Shown here: positions 12,750-27,066 of the stretch, piece by piece
Layout: every line of letters begins with the position of its first letter
Position numbering within the stretch: the first letter of the stretch is position 1
Source of the DNA: Camelus ferus
Taxonomy: Eukaryota
Length of the DNA stretch: 64,000 nt
NCBI RefSeq assembly: GCF_009834535.1
Contig: NC_045696.1
Location: 15,812,001 to 15,876,000 of the forward strand
Direction: 5' to 3'
Notes under the pieces: model-generated
What the model was told of the DNA's origin: nothing
Seen by the model: the letters and a program-made list of their open reading frames with translations, nothing else
Databases searched by the model: none
Position numbers and translations under genes: made by a program

Positions 12750-12970
12750 CAGGACACACAGGACTGGAGTCGACTAAACTTTATTTTGAATCCTGTCTCC
12801 TCTCTATGATTTGAGGCAGGCTTCTTCATCTCTCGAAAATTCAACTTTCTGCTCTGGAAAATGTAAATAATAGAATCGACTTCATCAGGTTTTGTGAAAA
12901 TTGGATGACTGCACACAACACTCTATGTGTTGTGCCTGGCACATAGAAAATGTTCTATAAATGTTAGCCA
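12750..12970 (+). mobile_element. MIR SINE
   Basis: MIR core-like ctggaaaatgtaaataatag and the tail gtgcctggcacatag...ataaatgttagc. Confidence 0.75.
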
Positions 12971-13016
12971 AAAATAAGTTGACAAAAGAATAACATAAGG
13001 ATGACAGCCTCTAGAA

Positions 13017-13178
13017 CTGTGCCGTCCAACACATTAGCCTCCAGCTACATATGGTTATGGAAATTTAAATGAATTTAAGTTAGAATAAATCACAAATTTA
13101 ATTCCTCAATCTCCCTGGCCACATTTCAAGTGCTACATCGCCTCATGTGGCCAGTGGCTACCTTACCGGGCAAGGCTG
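13017..13178. mobile_element. MER3-like hAT-Charlie MITE
   Basis: gccacatttcaagtgct...atgtggccagtggctacc, with an 8-bp TSD CTCTAGAA at 13009-13016 and 13179-13186. Confidence 0.85.
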
Positions 13179-14303
13179 CTCTAGAAAAATCCTCATTGAA
13201 TAGGCAGCAGTCAGGAGTTGAAGAAAAAGGCCAGGAGAAACTGAAGACTTTGTCGGTTAATTGTAACATCCTTCAGAAATGTGTGTGAAGGGGCCATCGC
13301 TATGGAAGCAAGGCTGTGATCTCCATGAGAACCCGTGAGCAGTGAGAGGCCCAGCCACGCTCTCATCAGAACCAGGGATGGGGAAGCTATCGCAAGAGTG
13401 GATGGGCTGACAGTGGAGGAGAGACCCTGGACCTGGCCTGGGAGTTGGTCAGTCAGGCCCACAGTCTGTTCTGAGTCTAATCAACTTTGCAGCCACCCTA
13501 CTCAGCTCTAGAAGCCATTCCAGGGACATCCACAGCCACCCGCATCATCCTAAGATGCAGCACTGAGATGTTCTCCCCCGTTGTTTCAAGCAGCACTCAC
13601 TGCTCATCCACTTACTCCAACATGTCCTTGTTTAGCCAAACCCATTTTGCCAACTTTTGGCTGTAGGTGAGGTAGCGTCTGGCACACATCAGATGAGACT
13701 GAGCCCATCCAATAATGGAACTCTGGGTGCTATTATTTTATTTTTTAACTTAATTTAAACAACCCAACAACAGAACACCAAAGTCACATGAGCAACTTGC
13801 TCATCACCACTCATCTCTAAGGACGACTAAATCCTCAACCAGAACTTGTCAGAAATGTGCAGGACTTCTTTTCTGATGACAGGCACAAGCTCTAAGGAAT
13901 GTGGCTAAACTTGTAAGTTCTGTGCTCTTCCAGTGCAGCCCACTGTGTGGGATGGTTCAGTCTAAACTGAGTCAGGACCTCCAAAAAGGAAAGTGACATA
14001 ATGAGCTTTAAAAAGGATTGACAGGTGAATCTGTCTCTGTCCCAGCCACTGCCTCTTATGACTGGTTAATGCAAAGGACAAAACTAAGGCTTCAAAGTAA
14101 GTTTTCACAACCTCCATTTTGTGCAAAATATGCAAATGATGCCACCCTTGCCAGGATGTGGCAATGATTAAAAACATACACGTAGAACACCTGTCATAAA
14201 GATTCTATCTGGACTGGGGACTCAGAAAGACACCAGTGTAAGTACATAATCTCTTACCTACCCTCGTGCCCCCATCCTAAGCTTTACCACTTCTGTAAGC
14301 AGA

Positions 14304-14879
14304 TGTACTAGTTAGCTGTTGCTGTGTAACAAATTACCTGAAAACTTAGTGGCTTGAAATACAGTGCTTATTATCTTGGTTTCTATAGGCCCAGGATCTA
14401 GGCCCAGCTTAGCTGGCCCCTCAGCTCAGAGACTCTCACAGGCTGCAGTCATCTCAATGTGCAACTGAGGAGAGACCTGCCTCCAAGCTCACTCACAAGC
14501 ATGGCCATTGACAGGAGTCTGTTCCTTACAGGGTTTGGACTGAGGGCTTCCTTTACTCACTGGCTGTTGGCCACTCCCAGTTCCTTACCATATGGTCCTC
14601 TCCACAGGGCAACTCAAAATATGTCAGCTTGCTTCCCTAGTGCAAGCCAGCAACAATAGCCACAGAGTGAAAGAGTGTGCTAGCAAAACTTAGCGCTAGC
14701 AAGCGGGGGGTCACAGACTCCAAACCCTATCTAGGAAGTGACATCTCATCACTTTAGTCATGTCCCATTCCGTGGAATCAGGTCCCTAGGTCCAATCCTG
14801 CACAAAAGAGCTTTCCACCAAGGCACACATACCAGGAAGTAAGAGCATTAGGGGCCATCTTGGTAGCCGGCCCACCACA
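14304..14879 (-). mobile_element. MLT1 (ERVL-MaLR) solo LTR
   Basis: tgtactagttagctgttgctgtgtaacaaattacc...ccaccaca, with a 5-bp TSD gcaga/gcagg. Confidence 0.85.
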
Positions 14880-16308
14880 GCAGGGATATTTGACCTCCGT
14901 CCCTTTCAGGTCCAATATTTGGAGTTTAGGCAATCTTCCTTCTAACAGGAGTATACCAACACAACAGCTGAAAGAATCCCAGGGCCACGCTTGGCTGTGA
15001 TCAAATTGCTTTTAGTGACCTGGCAGGGGCAGGAGGGAGCCAGCCACCCTCAGGGGCCCGTGCCAACTGGCTGAGTGTCACATTCCTAAGGAAGACTGGA
15101 AGGAGACTCTGCGTTTGCCTTTCTCATGAACTTCATTTATGAGCTGCACTAAAACCCATCACAGTTGGACAGGCAGTGAAGTAAACCATACCACATTCCT
15201 TATGGGCAAGTCTTAACGTAGCCCCGGTTCTAACCTTTGTTTCGACTTTGTTCCAAAATATTTAATCTGCATCAAGGAAAGAATTCCAAGACAAGTTTCC
15301 AGATGAGTGTTCCGTGGATCACATTGCTACCTAATCTCACCCTGAATACCTTCACTAAAAACGAGAAACAAACCCCAAGAATGCTGGGAGCTGAAGAAAC
15401 ACATGCTGGGAATGTTTGCCTTCTGTGGATGTGTTCTGGAATAATTGGTTTAAAAACAATTATTCACAATTAGAGTCTTCAGTTCCTATTTCTGCTTGCT
15501 CCCCCTCTCATACCCCAGTCGTGAGCAGCGTTTGAGTCTGCGCCACCTGCCATTTCTTAGTGAAGAGGAGGCAGAGGAATCATTTTCTGAATCACGTCTG
15601 GTAGGGCATGGTCCAGGGGATAAGAGACCTCATATTGTTTCCATGGCCGGAAAGATGGATCATTTAATTTTTTCTGACTAAAGTCAAAGAGCACCAAGTG
15701 ATCGATTTTTTCATTTTTGCATCTTATGGTAAGTTAATATCTTCATTATCATATATCTCATGTATTATTTGCTCTGTTGACTGGAAACAACTTGCAAGAA
15801 GTTCAGAAGAATGAAATCATCGAAGTTCAATTCCTTCTGTTTTGCCTGTGAAAATGCATTTGGAGACTCACCCCCTGGGTCTCTCACCGCCACCTGAACA
15901 CACAGGACAAACTCCCTCATCTCCTTGCTTGGGGGTAGTCTTCTCAGTTCTGTGAAACCCCTGCTCATCCTTCCAGATGTAGCTGAAGGGCTTATACTTG
16001 GAGGAGAGGTCTGATAATTCCAGTAGCTGGAATTAATCGATTCTCACCTCTGCCCCTTTTTATACCAATCTTTGTACTCAAGGACTGTCTCTTGCACATC
16101 TGTAGTCCCCAGGGGGTATGCATACGATATTTGGAACATGGAATAAAAGACTGAATATATTAGTTCAGCAAATAATATCTGACATTAAAGAAAGTTAAAA
16201 TAATTAAAGAATTAGAGGAAGAGAGTTTACAGTGAGTAGCACATTCTAAGTGGAGGCCATAAGTCAAGATATGGGTCAGGGAACTGGACAAAAGATTACA
16301 GTTTCATG

Positions 16309-16643
16309 TTTGTTTGTTTTTTTTAACTGAAGTATATAGTTGGTTTACAATGTTGTGTTAATTTCTGGTGTACAGCATAACGTTTCAGTGATACATATAT
16401 ATTCCTTTTCATTATAAGTTATTATAAGATATTGAATATAGTACCCTGTGCTGTACAGTAGGACCTTGTTATTTATATGGTTTTGTGAAGAATTTCCTAT
16501 AATTCCAACTGTACAAGATCTTCTGCCAAAGCTCAGTAGGTGTTCTGCGAGAATGGTTCCACATGTAGATGTATCTTTGATGCATTTGTGGGAGAGGGCG
16601 AGCTCCTCATCCTTCTTCTCCGCCATCTTGAAGCCCCTCCTCC
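16309..16643 (-). mobile_element. Bipartite L1-derived element (L1 5' end fused to L1 3' tail)
   Basis: The minus strand starts ggaggggcttcaagatggcggag and after ~165 nt switches to the L1 tail found at 34245-34415. Degenerate TSD. Confidence 0.75.
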
Positions 16644-19389
16644 TATAGTTCCGTGGTTTTTAATTGATGATACATGTCAATCCAGCTACAGTCGGGCTGT
16701 GTTGTTAAGCACAGTGTTAACACATGTTGGCTCAAGTCAATGAACCTGCTCATCTTGTCTGACTCAGTGGAAACAAGACAACGTGCCAGTTTGGGAGAGG
16801 CACTTTCATAATTCTTCAGATTAAAATTGAGCTTCTCATTTTTTACATAAAAAGAATACCAACCAAATTTCAGAAAAGACTTGCCTCATAAATCACATTT
16901 CCAAAGAATGGCCTCTAATGTACTTTAGACCTCAGAAGCAGTGTGCAAAGGATTCACTAAGGGCATTTTTACTAACATAAGATGCCACACTTTTCACATC
17001 ACAGTTTCTTCAAGGTATGCTGAAAAAAAAAAACAGTGAATATTCTGAAATGAAACAAACAAACAAAAAACCCCAAAATTACTGGAAACGGATAATAAAA
17101 TGGCCGCCAGCTTTTGTGCTATTACTATTTAATATATATAGAGAACAGTGGGTTTATCCAAGTTCTGAAAAGCAGTAATACCATTGTAAAAAAAAAAAAA
17201 GATTCTCAATGGAATCCTCCCTGAAAATGTTACCTTAAATCATAATAATAACAATACTTTTTTTCTGGGGGGCGGGGGTTGGTGTCAGGCACTGTTGTAA
17301 GCACTTTTCATTTAATTACATTTACTTTTCCAGTCCCACAGTGTAGGTATTATTATCTGCATTTTGCAGAAACAATAGATGTATCTTCATAGTCCTAAAA
17401 AATATCTTCCAGTGAGAATAAACTTTTAATGATGCAAAGAAATATATCCATATCTATCCTTTGCTTGTAAGAGCTCCATGTGGTAGCCTTGGAGCTGATC
17501 ACAGAGGCTGCCTTTTCATGGCTTTGAGTTCCAAGAGGATGACAGTACAAGTCTGAACAATCTTGATGACTCATCTCCTTCACTTTGTCCTTCTGTTGCA
17601 AGTCATCACTTAGTCTCCATCAGTTCCAGTGTTTATATACACTGTGGCTGAGAGAGAGAGTGACAGGACCCTTTCATTTCTGATACAACACCTGGTCCCA
17701 GCAGACACGTCCACCCAATTATCTCCCAGGTCATGGCTTATTCACCTGCATGGAAACCACAATGAATTTTCTGTGGATGCTCTATATTTCTTTTTGACCA
17801 AGACAAAGGCATGAGTCAATATTTATGGAAAAGGGATAAAGGAAGGGGGACATCTGAAAAATGACTTGAACTGTTAACTAATTTGAAGGGATGGTCATGA
17901 ATATTGGTAAGCATGAATAAAAACTGTAAAAATTAGTGTCTACACTGCATACGTCTCATAGTCCTATGGAATTGGTTGTTGGTTTTCTGTTACACATTTT
18001 TTTTAGAAACTCAAGATCTCTGCAGAATTTTAAAAGAAAAAAATACATACAAGCAAGAAAACATTAGACAGTGATGATATGTTTGGATAGTTAGGGAAGG
18101 ATTTTTAAATGAGAAAAGGCAATAATAACCCTCCAGATCATGCTGCATAAAAAGCAGAGGTCTACAGTAATCAAGAAATAAAACAATTTTTGCCCAGCAC
18201 ATAGCTATATCTGTATGAATGTCAAAATTGAAATATTTATGAAGTTTGTGTTTCTCCAGGCCATAATAATCTAATTAAAGCTATTTCCCCATCTTGGGCC
18301 TCATTTGCTACTGTAGGACTTCCAGACTCCTGCAAAGTACAACCTGTAACTATACATGGGAGTCCCCAGAGGATACTTCGTATGGCCTTTCAGTTACCAG
18401 GTTGCATCTTCCAGTTTTTCCCCAGCTTCCCTGTACTGTTGTTACTGGCTAGACATCTGCCAGCTGCTAGACTGCAGGAAGGTCACTTGGCACTGCCATG
18501 CTGCTGAGGACCAAGGTTAAGATCTGTAAGTCGGTTCGCTGGGTGCAGCCATCAGAATTTCTATTGTTCCAGGAGCTGCCATGTTGCAACGTCACTACCC
18601 ACTACTGCAGTGGCAGAGCTATCCTGGGGAAAGACCCTGGTGCTGTGTCTGCCTCTGGATGTGGTTGAAAGCTATCAGCCCCAGGTGCCATCAGAATTAG
18701 GACAGACACACATCCTGGGGCTGGGGCCACGGAAAAGGTAGAGTCTCCCGTGTGCCAGAGCTTCCTGTGTTCTCTCCATCCCAAGAAAATTTTGCACTCT
18801 GAGCTGAGAAGGGAAAACATCTTCTTTTACTGAAGACATGAGGCTCAAAGCAGCCATACTTCATGTTCCCAACATCTCAGGGGCTATTTTGTGAAAATAG
18901 TTTTTTTCTGTTTTGATCTCACGTCTTCTCCCCGCCCTCAAACTTAGACCTAGATCTATAAGGAAAGGACAGATTTTAGGACAAATTCTAGTGATAGACA
19001 TTGTGCTTTTATTATAACAAGAAATCCCACTCTCCTCTGAAGACTGAGACATTTATGGGAACATAACTCTGGCTCTTTCCTCCTTTAAGATGAACTTTAC
19101 CCAGGAGACTGCATGATCTCTCATGGGAATGAAGTCTTGGTGGACATGCTCTACCACTCAGCCTTTCAGACGTGTCAGAGCGAACAGTTTAAGCTCAACA
19201 TGGGCACCTGCCTTCTGCATTACCTACAAAATACCGTGATTTCCATGACTAGCCCATTTCTCCTTGTAAAGAATAAGCAGCCAGAAAGCAGTTACTTACT
19301 AAGGACTCTTTGCATTAAATCTTTCTGTACTGCCTACCCTCCCCCCTACCCCTCTGCATACAGTCTCTACCCTTCTCCCCTCTATCAAT

Positions 19390-19780
19390 GCCCCAGGAGT
19401 CTACACTGTGTGGACTGCATCAGTGAGCAGTAGGCAAGTGATTGCCTACTGGGCTTCTGGCTGAGTCTGGCCAATAGGGAGCCCACCAGGATACCAGAAG
19501 GAAAACAGAGAATAAGGAGGAGGCATTTACTTGGGGTACTTCTTTGGGCTGTGTCTCTTAAACATGTCTCAATTCCCATGGGATGCCTTGCCCAAACAGC
19601 TGTTTCTGTTAGCTCCCCCTTCTGACCCATTCAGGTCTAGGGCTGATAAAGTTCCCCAGGGATACCAGCTCAGGGGTACTGCACTGTCCCTTTTAGTTTC
19701 CCTATACTTATCTATGCATTTCACTAAACCCTCTTCAAATTATCCAGCTTGAGTGGGCCATTAGTTTCATGTTCTGATTG
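19390..19780 (+). mobile_element. LTR16-like ERVL LTR
   Basis: ggccaatagggagcc near the start and ccctcttcaaattatccagcttgagtgggccat near the end. Confidence 0.55.
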
Positions 19781-21224
19781 AAAAACTCATTCTTAAACCA
19801 AAAATACCTGCATATGAGTCATTAAATGTGTTAAAATAGACCAGAATCTCTTCTCAACTGCTCTGGGTTTCATTACATATTTATTTGGGAAAGCAAGCAG
19901 GAGACCTGGGTCCTGGTCTCAGCTTTACCACTAACCAGCTTCAGGGCAGTGAAGAATTCTCCAGGGTCATTATTTTCTTCAAAACAAAGTGAAGGTGTTA
20001 GACTAAATGATTTCTAAGATCATTTCTAGCTTTGAGATCCCATGAGGGACTAATAATGTGGCAGCTTTCAAGAATGAATAAGCCAACAAAAAGAACTGCA
20101 TAGACTCAGAGATACAAGTCACTACAGGAATATTTTTATGTAACATCCGTATTTCTTAGGTGAGGAAACAAACACAGAAAAGAAAAGAAACTTGTCCAAA
20201 GTCACTGGTAATGAGCCAACTTGTTGGTGGCAACCAATAGGACCCGAAAGTCCTTTTTTTAATTCATTATAGTATGCCACTTCTCTACATGGTTGCTGGT
20301 CCAGGTTCTTATTACTAGCCTCTTTCCAACCTCAGGGCCTTTGCGCATGCTCACCCCAGTTTGTTTGTTTGTTTCATTGTTCAGATCTCAGTTTAAATAC
20401 CAAAGTATAAGATAAGGCTTCCTTAACAGCCTGATCTGAGTAAGTCTCCAATTATTCCATACCATTAATCTGCATTACTATTTCCTGTATGCTGTCTTCA
20501 CAGCACTCACTCCAAAATGTATTTAACACTGTTTACTTGTTTCAGTTCTGTCCCCTTTCTCTGCTAGACTGTAAGCTCCCTGAGACCGCGGGCATGTCTG
20601 TTTAATGCATAACTCTATACCTGGCACCCAGTAAAATGCCTGGAGGCATTCAATAAAAAGTATACATTGAATTTATAATTGAATGTCATTTACAAAACTG
20701 CAAACTAGGGTACAGAATGTAGTTGCCCAGGTGTTCTCAGAAGAGTAAAGTTAGGTGTAAGTCCAAAGTTCTTAAATTTGAAGGGATCATCTCAAGAAAT
20801 GACCTCCCTCCCTCAAGTCTCCTTTTCTACACCACCTCCCCAGTGGCCATGAATCATGGTAGGAGAGGAAGCAGCAGACTTGAGGCTCACACCAGTTAAC
20901 ACAGGTGAAGCAGACATGATCTTCACCTAGACATAAGGGCTTACAGGACCAGTAGGAGACAAAACACAGCCATGTACGTGCTTTATCTAAAGTCAGGCTC
21001 ATAGCTGAAGGCATCACCACCACCCTTGGGGCCCAAGGGGTCTCTGGAACAACATGATAGATAGCATTTCCCTTGACACAGTGCCTAAGGAGATGCTGCT
21101 GGCAGTTTAGAGTATGCAAAAGACAATCACGTAAAACAAAGAACTGTCCTGCTCCAAAGGCCACAAGGGCCAACATTTCTCCCCAGATTTTATTTCCTCG
21201 GGCACCTCAGGGTCAATCCAAAAG

Positions 21225-21450
21225 ATAAAAAGATACTAACTACTATATATAAAATAGATAAACAACGAGGTGTGTGTATAGCACAGGGAACTATATTCAA
21301 TACCTTGTATGGCTTATAATGAAAAAGAATATAAAAAGGAATATATACATATATATATATATGTATAAATGAGTCGCTATGCTGTGCACCAGAAATTAAC
21401 ACAACTTTGTAAATTGGCTTTTGAATAAAAAAAGAAAATCTTAAAAAAAA
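21225..21450 (+). mobile_element. Young L1 3' tail
   Basis: tatagcacagggaactatattcaatacc...caccagaaattaacacaac followed by an A tail. Confidence 0.88.
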
Positions 21451-22939
21451 TCCACAATTACATGAAGTATCATTAATTTTGAAATGTTTTGGATAGTTAT
21501 GGCCTCAGCCACATGCCATTAGCAGTGAATTGCTCAGCTGACTGTGCTGGTCTGAGGAACAAGGAAGTATTAATAAATGTTCCACCTCCATTCTCTTTTT
21601 CAAACTTCAGAGATGGGTGGTTAAATAGCAGGAACAGTCTCAAGTAGTATCTTGGTCTCTCTTGCAGTTTTGCTCTGACAGCTATGTTTCACCCAAGTAG
21701 GGGACACGTGTTGCTGCCTCCCAGCGATGGATGCAAATATCTATTGTTCAAGTCAGGAGATATTTTTGCCTGACAGCAAACTGCATTGTATTCAGAGCTA
21801 AGCTGCGTTTTATTATTGGTGAAGAGGTAAGTGGTAACTTGAGGAAGTGCAAGTTGTTGGAATGTAAACAAATTGATATCATAGGTGTTCTTTTTATGAA
21901 CTCCATTTGTTAGGGAAAAATCCAATCAGGCAGCTCCGTTTTCATGTCATCAGGCTTGACGTATGTCTTTGGAAACAGTGACAGTGGCTTTTTACGCGTC
22001 CTGGGCATGGATTTAAACAAGTCAGGTCCTGTAACTGTGAGACATGACTGAAATTAAAATATTAGAGGCAACTTCTCTACTTATATAAGGAGAACAAAAC
22101 AGAAAATTACTAAAATGGGTCAACTGATCTAGTGACATCTCTAGGACTAGATTTAAAAATAAAATAAAATTGGTAGATTTCAAAGGAAACAGATGATAAC
22201 CTCTTCCTTGCAAGCTGCCAAAAAGTAAGCCTGGTAATCTGTTTTAGAATTATTCATTCATGCATTTGGGTATGTTTTCAATCAACAGATATATTTTTTT
22301 TTATTGCAAACCTATTTTGTGCCAGACACTAAATGCTGGGTCGATAGCAATGAAGAAAATGGACAAGGTCCCCTGACTCCTAGGGATTACAGCATTCTCT
22401 GTTTACTGTACACGAAAAATACCAGTCACTACAAAATCCATTTATTAAATTCAAATGTAGGAAGTGCTGTGAAGACACATCAGTCCAAGATGCAACCTTA
22501 GAAGTCATTAATCTTGAACCCCATTATCTCAAACATGGGAATGCTGAAGCAGAAGGGGAAGTGACTTGGCTGAGTATAGACAGAGGAGGCCCCAGGCCGG
22601 TGGCTCGCACCAGGTAACACAGAGGGTGTAGACCGGATTTCCTCTACCCATAAGGCTGACAGGGCCACTGAAAGGGAAATACAGCTGTGTACGTGCTTCA
22701 GCTATAGTCAGGCTTAAAGCCCATGTCATCTAAAGATTCTTCCTTAAGGACATTTGTCTCCTAAACCTGAGAGTTTTCCTTTTTTATTATTTTAATGTGA
22801 CCAACATGGTCTGTTTTCATTTAGTTTTGTTTATTAAACCTACTGGTTATAGATCTGTGATTTGTTTGCTTGTCGGTTAGTTGGTTGGTTGGTTAGCTTT
22901 AGCAAGGCTTAATTACTTTACAGTTGTAAAAAGCCCTTT

Positions 22940-23375
22940 GTAGAAGCCAATCTGAAAAAGTTACCTACTGAATGATTCCAACTATGGGATACTCTGGAAA
23001 TGGCAAAACTATGGAGACAGTAAAAGGATCAGAGGTTGGCAGGGGTTGTGGGGGAGGGAGGATGAGCAGGCAGAGCACAGAGGATTTTTAGGGCAATGAA
23101 ACACTCTGTGATACCATAGTGATGGACACATGTCATTACACATTCATCAAAGCCCATAAATGTGCAACATCGAGAGTGACCCCTAATGGAAACTATGGAG
23201 TCTGGGTGATAACGACGTGCCCGTATTAGCAGCAACTGCACTGCTTTGGTGTGGGAGCCTGACAGTGGGAAGTCTGTGCGCGTGCAGGGGCAGGGAGTAT
23301 GTGGGAAATCTCAGTACCATCCCTTAGATTTTGCCGTGAACCTAAAACTATTCTAAAAAATAGTCTATTTTTTTA
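22940..23375 (+). mobile_element. Old L1M (L1MD-like) 3'UTR fragment
   Basis: atgattccaactat...ggcaaaactatggagacagtaaaaggatcag...gaacctaaaacta. Confidence 0.8.
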
Positions 23376-23459
23376 AGTCCTTTATAAAGACACAAATCAT
23401 CAGTTCAGTAAACAAGGAGGAGACAAGGAGTGCTCTCTACGTCTACCTTTACTAATATG

Positions 23460-24030
23460 CCTTCATTCGTTCAACAGACCTTGACGGCACACCTACTATG
23501 TGCCAGTCATGATTCTAGGTACTGAGGATTTACCAGGGGACAAAAACTGCATGGAGCTTCACTCTCAGGGGGAGAAAGGATAGAAAATAGAAATAAATAA
23601 ATAGTGTGTCAACTGTGGAAAAGCTCTAAAGACAATAAGCAAGGTCAAAGGACAGAGAAAGACAGAGTTGGGGAGCAACAGGCTGTTTTTGGTTTTTGTT
23701 GTTATTATTGTTGTTTTTTGATGGGAAGATCAGGGGACTCTTGATTCAATGCCATTTAAGTAGAAATTGTAAAGAAGTGAGGGACTGAGGCTTGCAAATA
23801 TTCAGGGCAAGAGTGTAGCGGGAAGAGAAACGAGACAAAGCTAAGAATCTGGGATGGGAGAGCACTCAACCTGTTTGAGGAAGAGCCAGGAGGCCACAGT
23901 GCCTGGAGCCAGAGAGAGCAAGAGGGAGATAAGGTCACATGAATATCAAAACAGATCCAGTAAAACCTCAGCCATGGGAAAGAGTCTGGATTTCATTCTG
24001 CACGAAATGGAAATCACTGGAAGACTCTGA
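23460..24030 (-). mobile_element. L2 3' region
   Basis: ttcattcgttcaaca...cctactatgtgcca, a typical antisense L2 end. Confidence 0.75.
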
Positions 24031-26957
24031 GGCATTAATGTTACTATAATGCAAGTGTTTAATTCAAATGTCAAAATAGTGTAATATATGTTTGCTGTAC
24101 TATTTAACACTTGTATATTGCTCTTCAGATTCCAGTGCTCTCATCTGAGTAACTGCATTTGTATCCTCCTATGGGTATTTAGTTGGGGGGGGGGGGGGTT
24201 GGTGAGGGAGAGACATATGGATTAAGGCAAATATGCAAATACACAGCCTGAGACTATTCCAAATTAAGCCATGGTCAGTTGTACCGTTGTAGAATGTATT
24301 AATTTATCAGCCCAGCCCTTTACCTAGCACACCCCTAATGGGTATCAGTAGACTGCAGAAGGTAAAGTAAATTTTGGAACTTGGGTCACTGTGGTGGATC
24401 TTGAGGGGGCAGAGAGCACAGCTGGGTTGTTGGGGGGGGAGTTGGGAGTGGCTTACAGAGAGGTGGTTCTGGAATAAAATTAGGAGCGGTTCCATGACCT
24501 TTTTTTTTTTTTTTTTTTTAAACTCCAGAATGTCCCCTAGTGCCTGGAGAATACTGGTCAGGTTCTACCCAGCCCTTCTTAGCCTGCCCACCAGAGGCAC
24601 ATCCAGAGATAAAAATATCCTAGCACAAGAGTACGTGTCACAAGCCCTTTCCATTTAAAAAGCCCTTAGGTCTTCACTCCAAAATGTCCTGCCACCAGAT
24701 TAATAGTTTCCTGGACTGGAGAATCCAGTTACTCATGTGGTCCTGTCTTTCTGAATGTTTATTATCTCTATGACACTACACAAAACCACACAGCCAATGC
24801 CATCCTTTTTATGGCCAGTAGGTATGGACAAGAAGGGTTGGGTCAGATGACTAGGAGTATGAGGACTTATAAGTCAGTGGTTCTTATGAATGTCCTTATA
24901 GACTGTTATACCGGGGGTTTTTTGCCAGAACTGACATGGAACATCTAACTGACATGTACTTCATAAAGGTATTGTAATTTACAGAGTATATTAATATCCT
25001 TTGTGCATGCTTTGGGTAGAGATGAAGTAAAAATGGGAAATATTATTTTACTATACTTCCCTCTAAAATGAATTTAAGATGTGTGTACATTTCCAGAAGT
25101 AGAAATTTTTAATTTATTGCTATGAATTTTTAGTAGTCTTTACATTTCCAATGAGTAATTTGGCGTGTGTGTCTGAAGTACATTTAAGTGTTCATAATAG
25201 CAGATGGATATGGAAGTGATGTCAAAACCAAGAGAATCCATCATATATTTGTGAATATAAATCACTTTGCATCCCCAAATTAATCCATTACAAAATAATA
25301 TTTACAAACCAATCAAATATCTCTTATGTCAATTACCAGATTTTAATCCCTGAACTACATTAAGGTGACAGTGTTTTTTATTATAAGATTAGCGCTTTCC
25401 TTGAGTCAATAATTCATGACATTTTCCAGCTTCCTCTCAAAGCTCTCTTCATAAGATGAATCAAAGGAATGAAGACAAATGTGGACATTTTAAAGAAAAC
25501 TGCTATCTCTGCATTCGAACTTATTTTTTCTAAAATAATAATGCTGCCTCCTAACTCAGAGCCAACACGTGATGAACTATGGATTGAATAACTATATTCT
25601 AGTGAAGCAATGCCATTTGATTTCTGACTTTTTAAATTTCCTGTTTTATACTTCTGAGCACCATGAAGGAATGCACGAGCTCTTCAATATATAGAGAATA
25701 AAAATTATTTGAACTGAATATTGAAATTACCAGATCACTTAGTTTCCTAAGATGTAGCTGATCAAAACTAGAATATTCTACTTTCCTTGAAAAGATGGAA
25801 GAGGTGAGAAGGGAGTTTAAAAAGCTCTAAAATGCTCTGTGTGTATATATATAATTTTATGCATATATATATATATATATATGGAGAAAAAGAGAGAGAC
25901 ATCTTATGGTTCTGTTTTCTGGAGAACACTGACCAACATACTAATACTACCGCACAGTGAAAGGAGAAGTTCCATATGGTGCTAGGATACTGTAAGTGTT
26001 CAATAAATTTTGCTTTCTTACCTCATTACCCATCCCTCTCCCATAAAAAATGTTATAGGGAGTCTATTCCCTATAAGGCAAGTTCTGAAAGCCAACTGGC
26101 TTTATCCTCTAGGCTAGAATCAGGGATGGAGGCAGAGGGAGAGAAAGTCAAAAGGGAGGGGCTCTCCCACGAGGGCTGGAATTGTCTGGGACAAAACAAT
26201 TGAAGTCCAGTGTGTCATTAGCTGCCACTTGGCCCAGATCCCAGATCCAGCCCTAGGCTGGGTGTCACTCCACCAGAGGAGAATGCTCTATGCCCGGCGG
26301 GAGTCATTTTAAATGAGAGCTGTGGGCCTGGTTTTTGGAAATCATTTCACATCAAACCCAGAACCAAACTGTGTTTCATTTGGGCTCTGGCACCTAAAAA
26401 GCATGTGGAGAAAAAAGAATTCAAAAATAACTCCATCAGAGGAAGCACTACAAAATGAGGCTAAGGTTTTTCTCTGTCCCTGGATGTGATTAAAAAAATT
26501 ATGCAATACCTGAACTGCCATCACCACTCTTTATCAGAATTTCTAAGGGAGAAACTTAAACCAAGGTCAAGTAAGTTGTAAAGTTGACACTGTTCTCAAA
26601 AGATAAACTAATAGAGTCTTATTTCTCAATAACCAGACAATACAATTTGCTCTCATCTCTCTCTGGAATCCCTGACAACCTCCTACTATAAGTTAAACTG
26701 ATTTCACCTGGGAATATGTTGCATTGCATGATCATTGCTTAAGTGGACACAATCACAAACTTCCACAGTCAAGCTAAACCAATTCAAGACTCTAAAATTT
26801 TGGTGGTCTTCAAAACGCATTGGAAAGCTATTTCCAAAGATATGTGTCTAGTAAAGATGTGGGGTACAGGTGCACTCATACCCAATCAGAGTGGTAATTG
26901 GACAGATCTTCCTGGACAGCAGTTAGGCAATATACACCAAAATGCCAAATGTGCATA

Positions 26958-27066
26958 TCTTTTTTTTAAATTTACTTTATTTTTTTACTGGAGATATTAG
27001 ACATTGAACCCAGGACCTTGGGCATGCTAAACATCCCCTCTACCATGGAGCTATACGTGCCTGCCG
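26958..27066 (-). mobile_element. Vic-1-like SINE
   Basis: attgaacccaggaccttgggcatgctaa...ctaccatggagcta preceded by poly-T. Confidence 0.85.
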
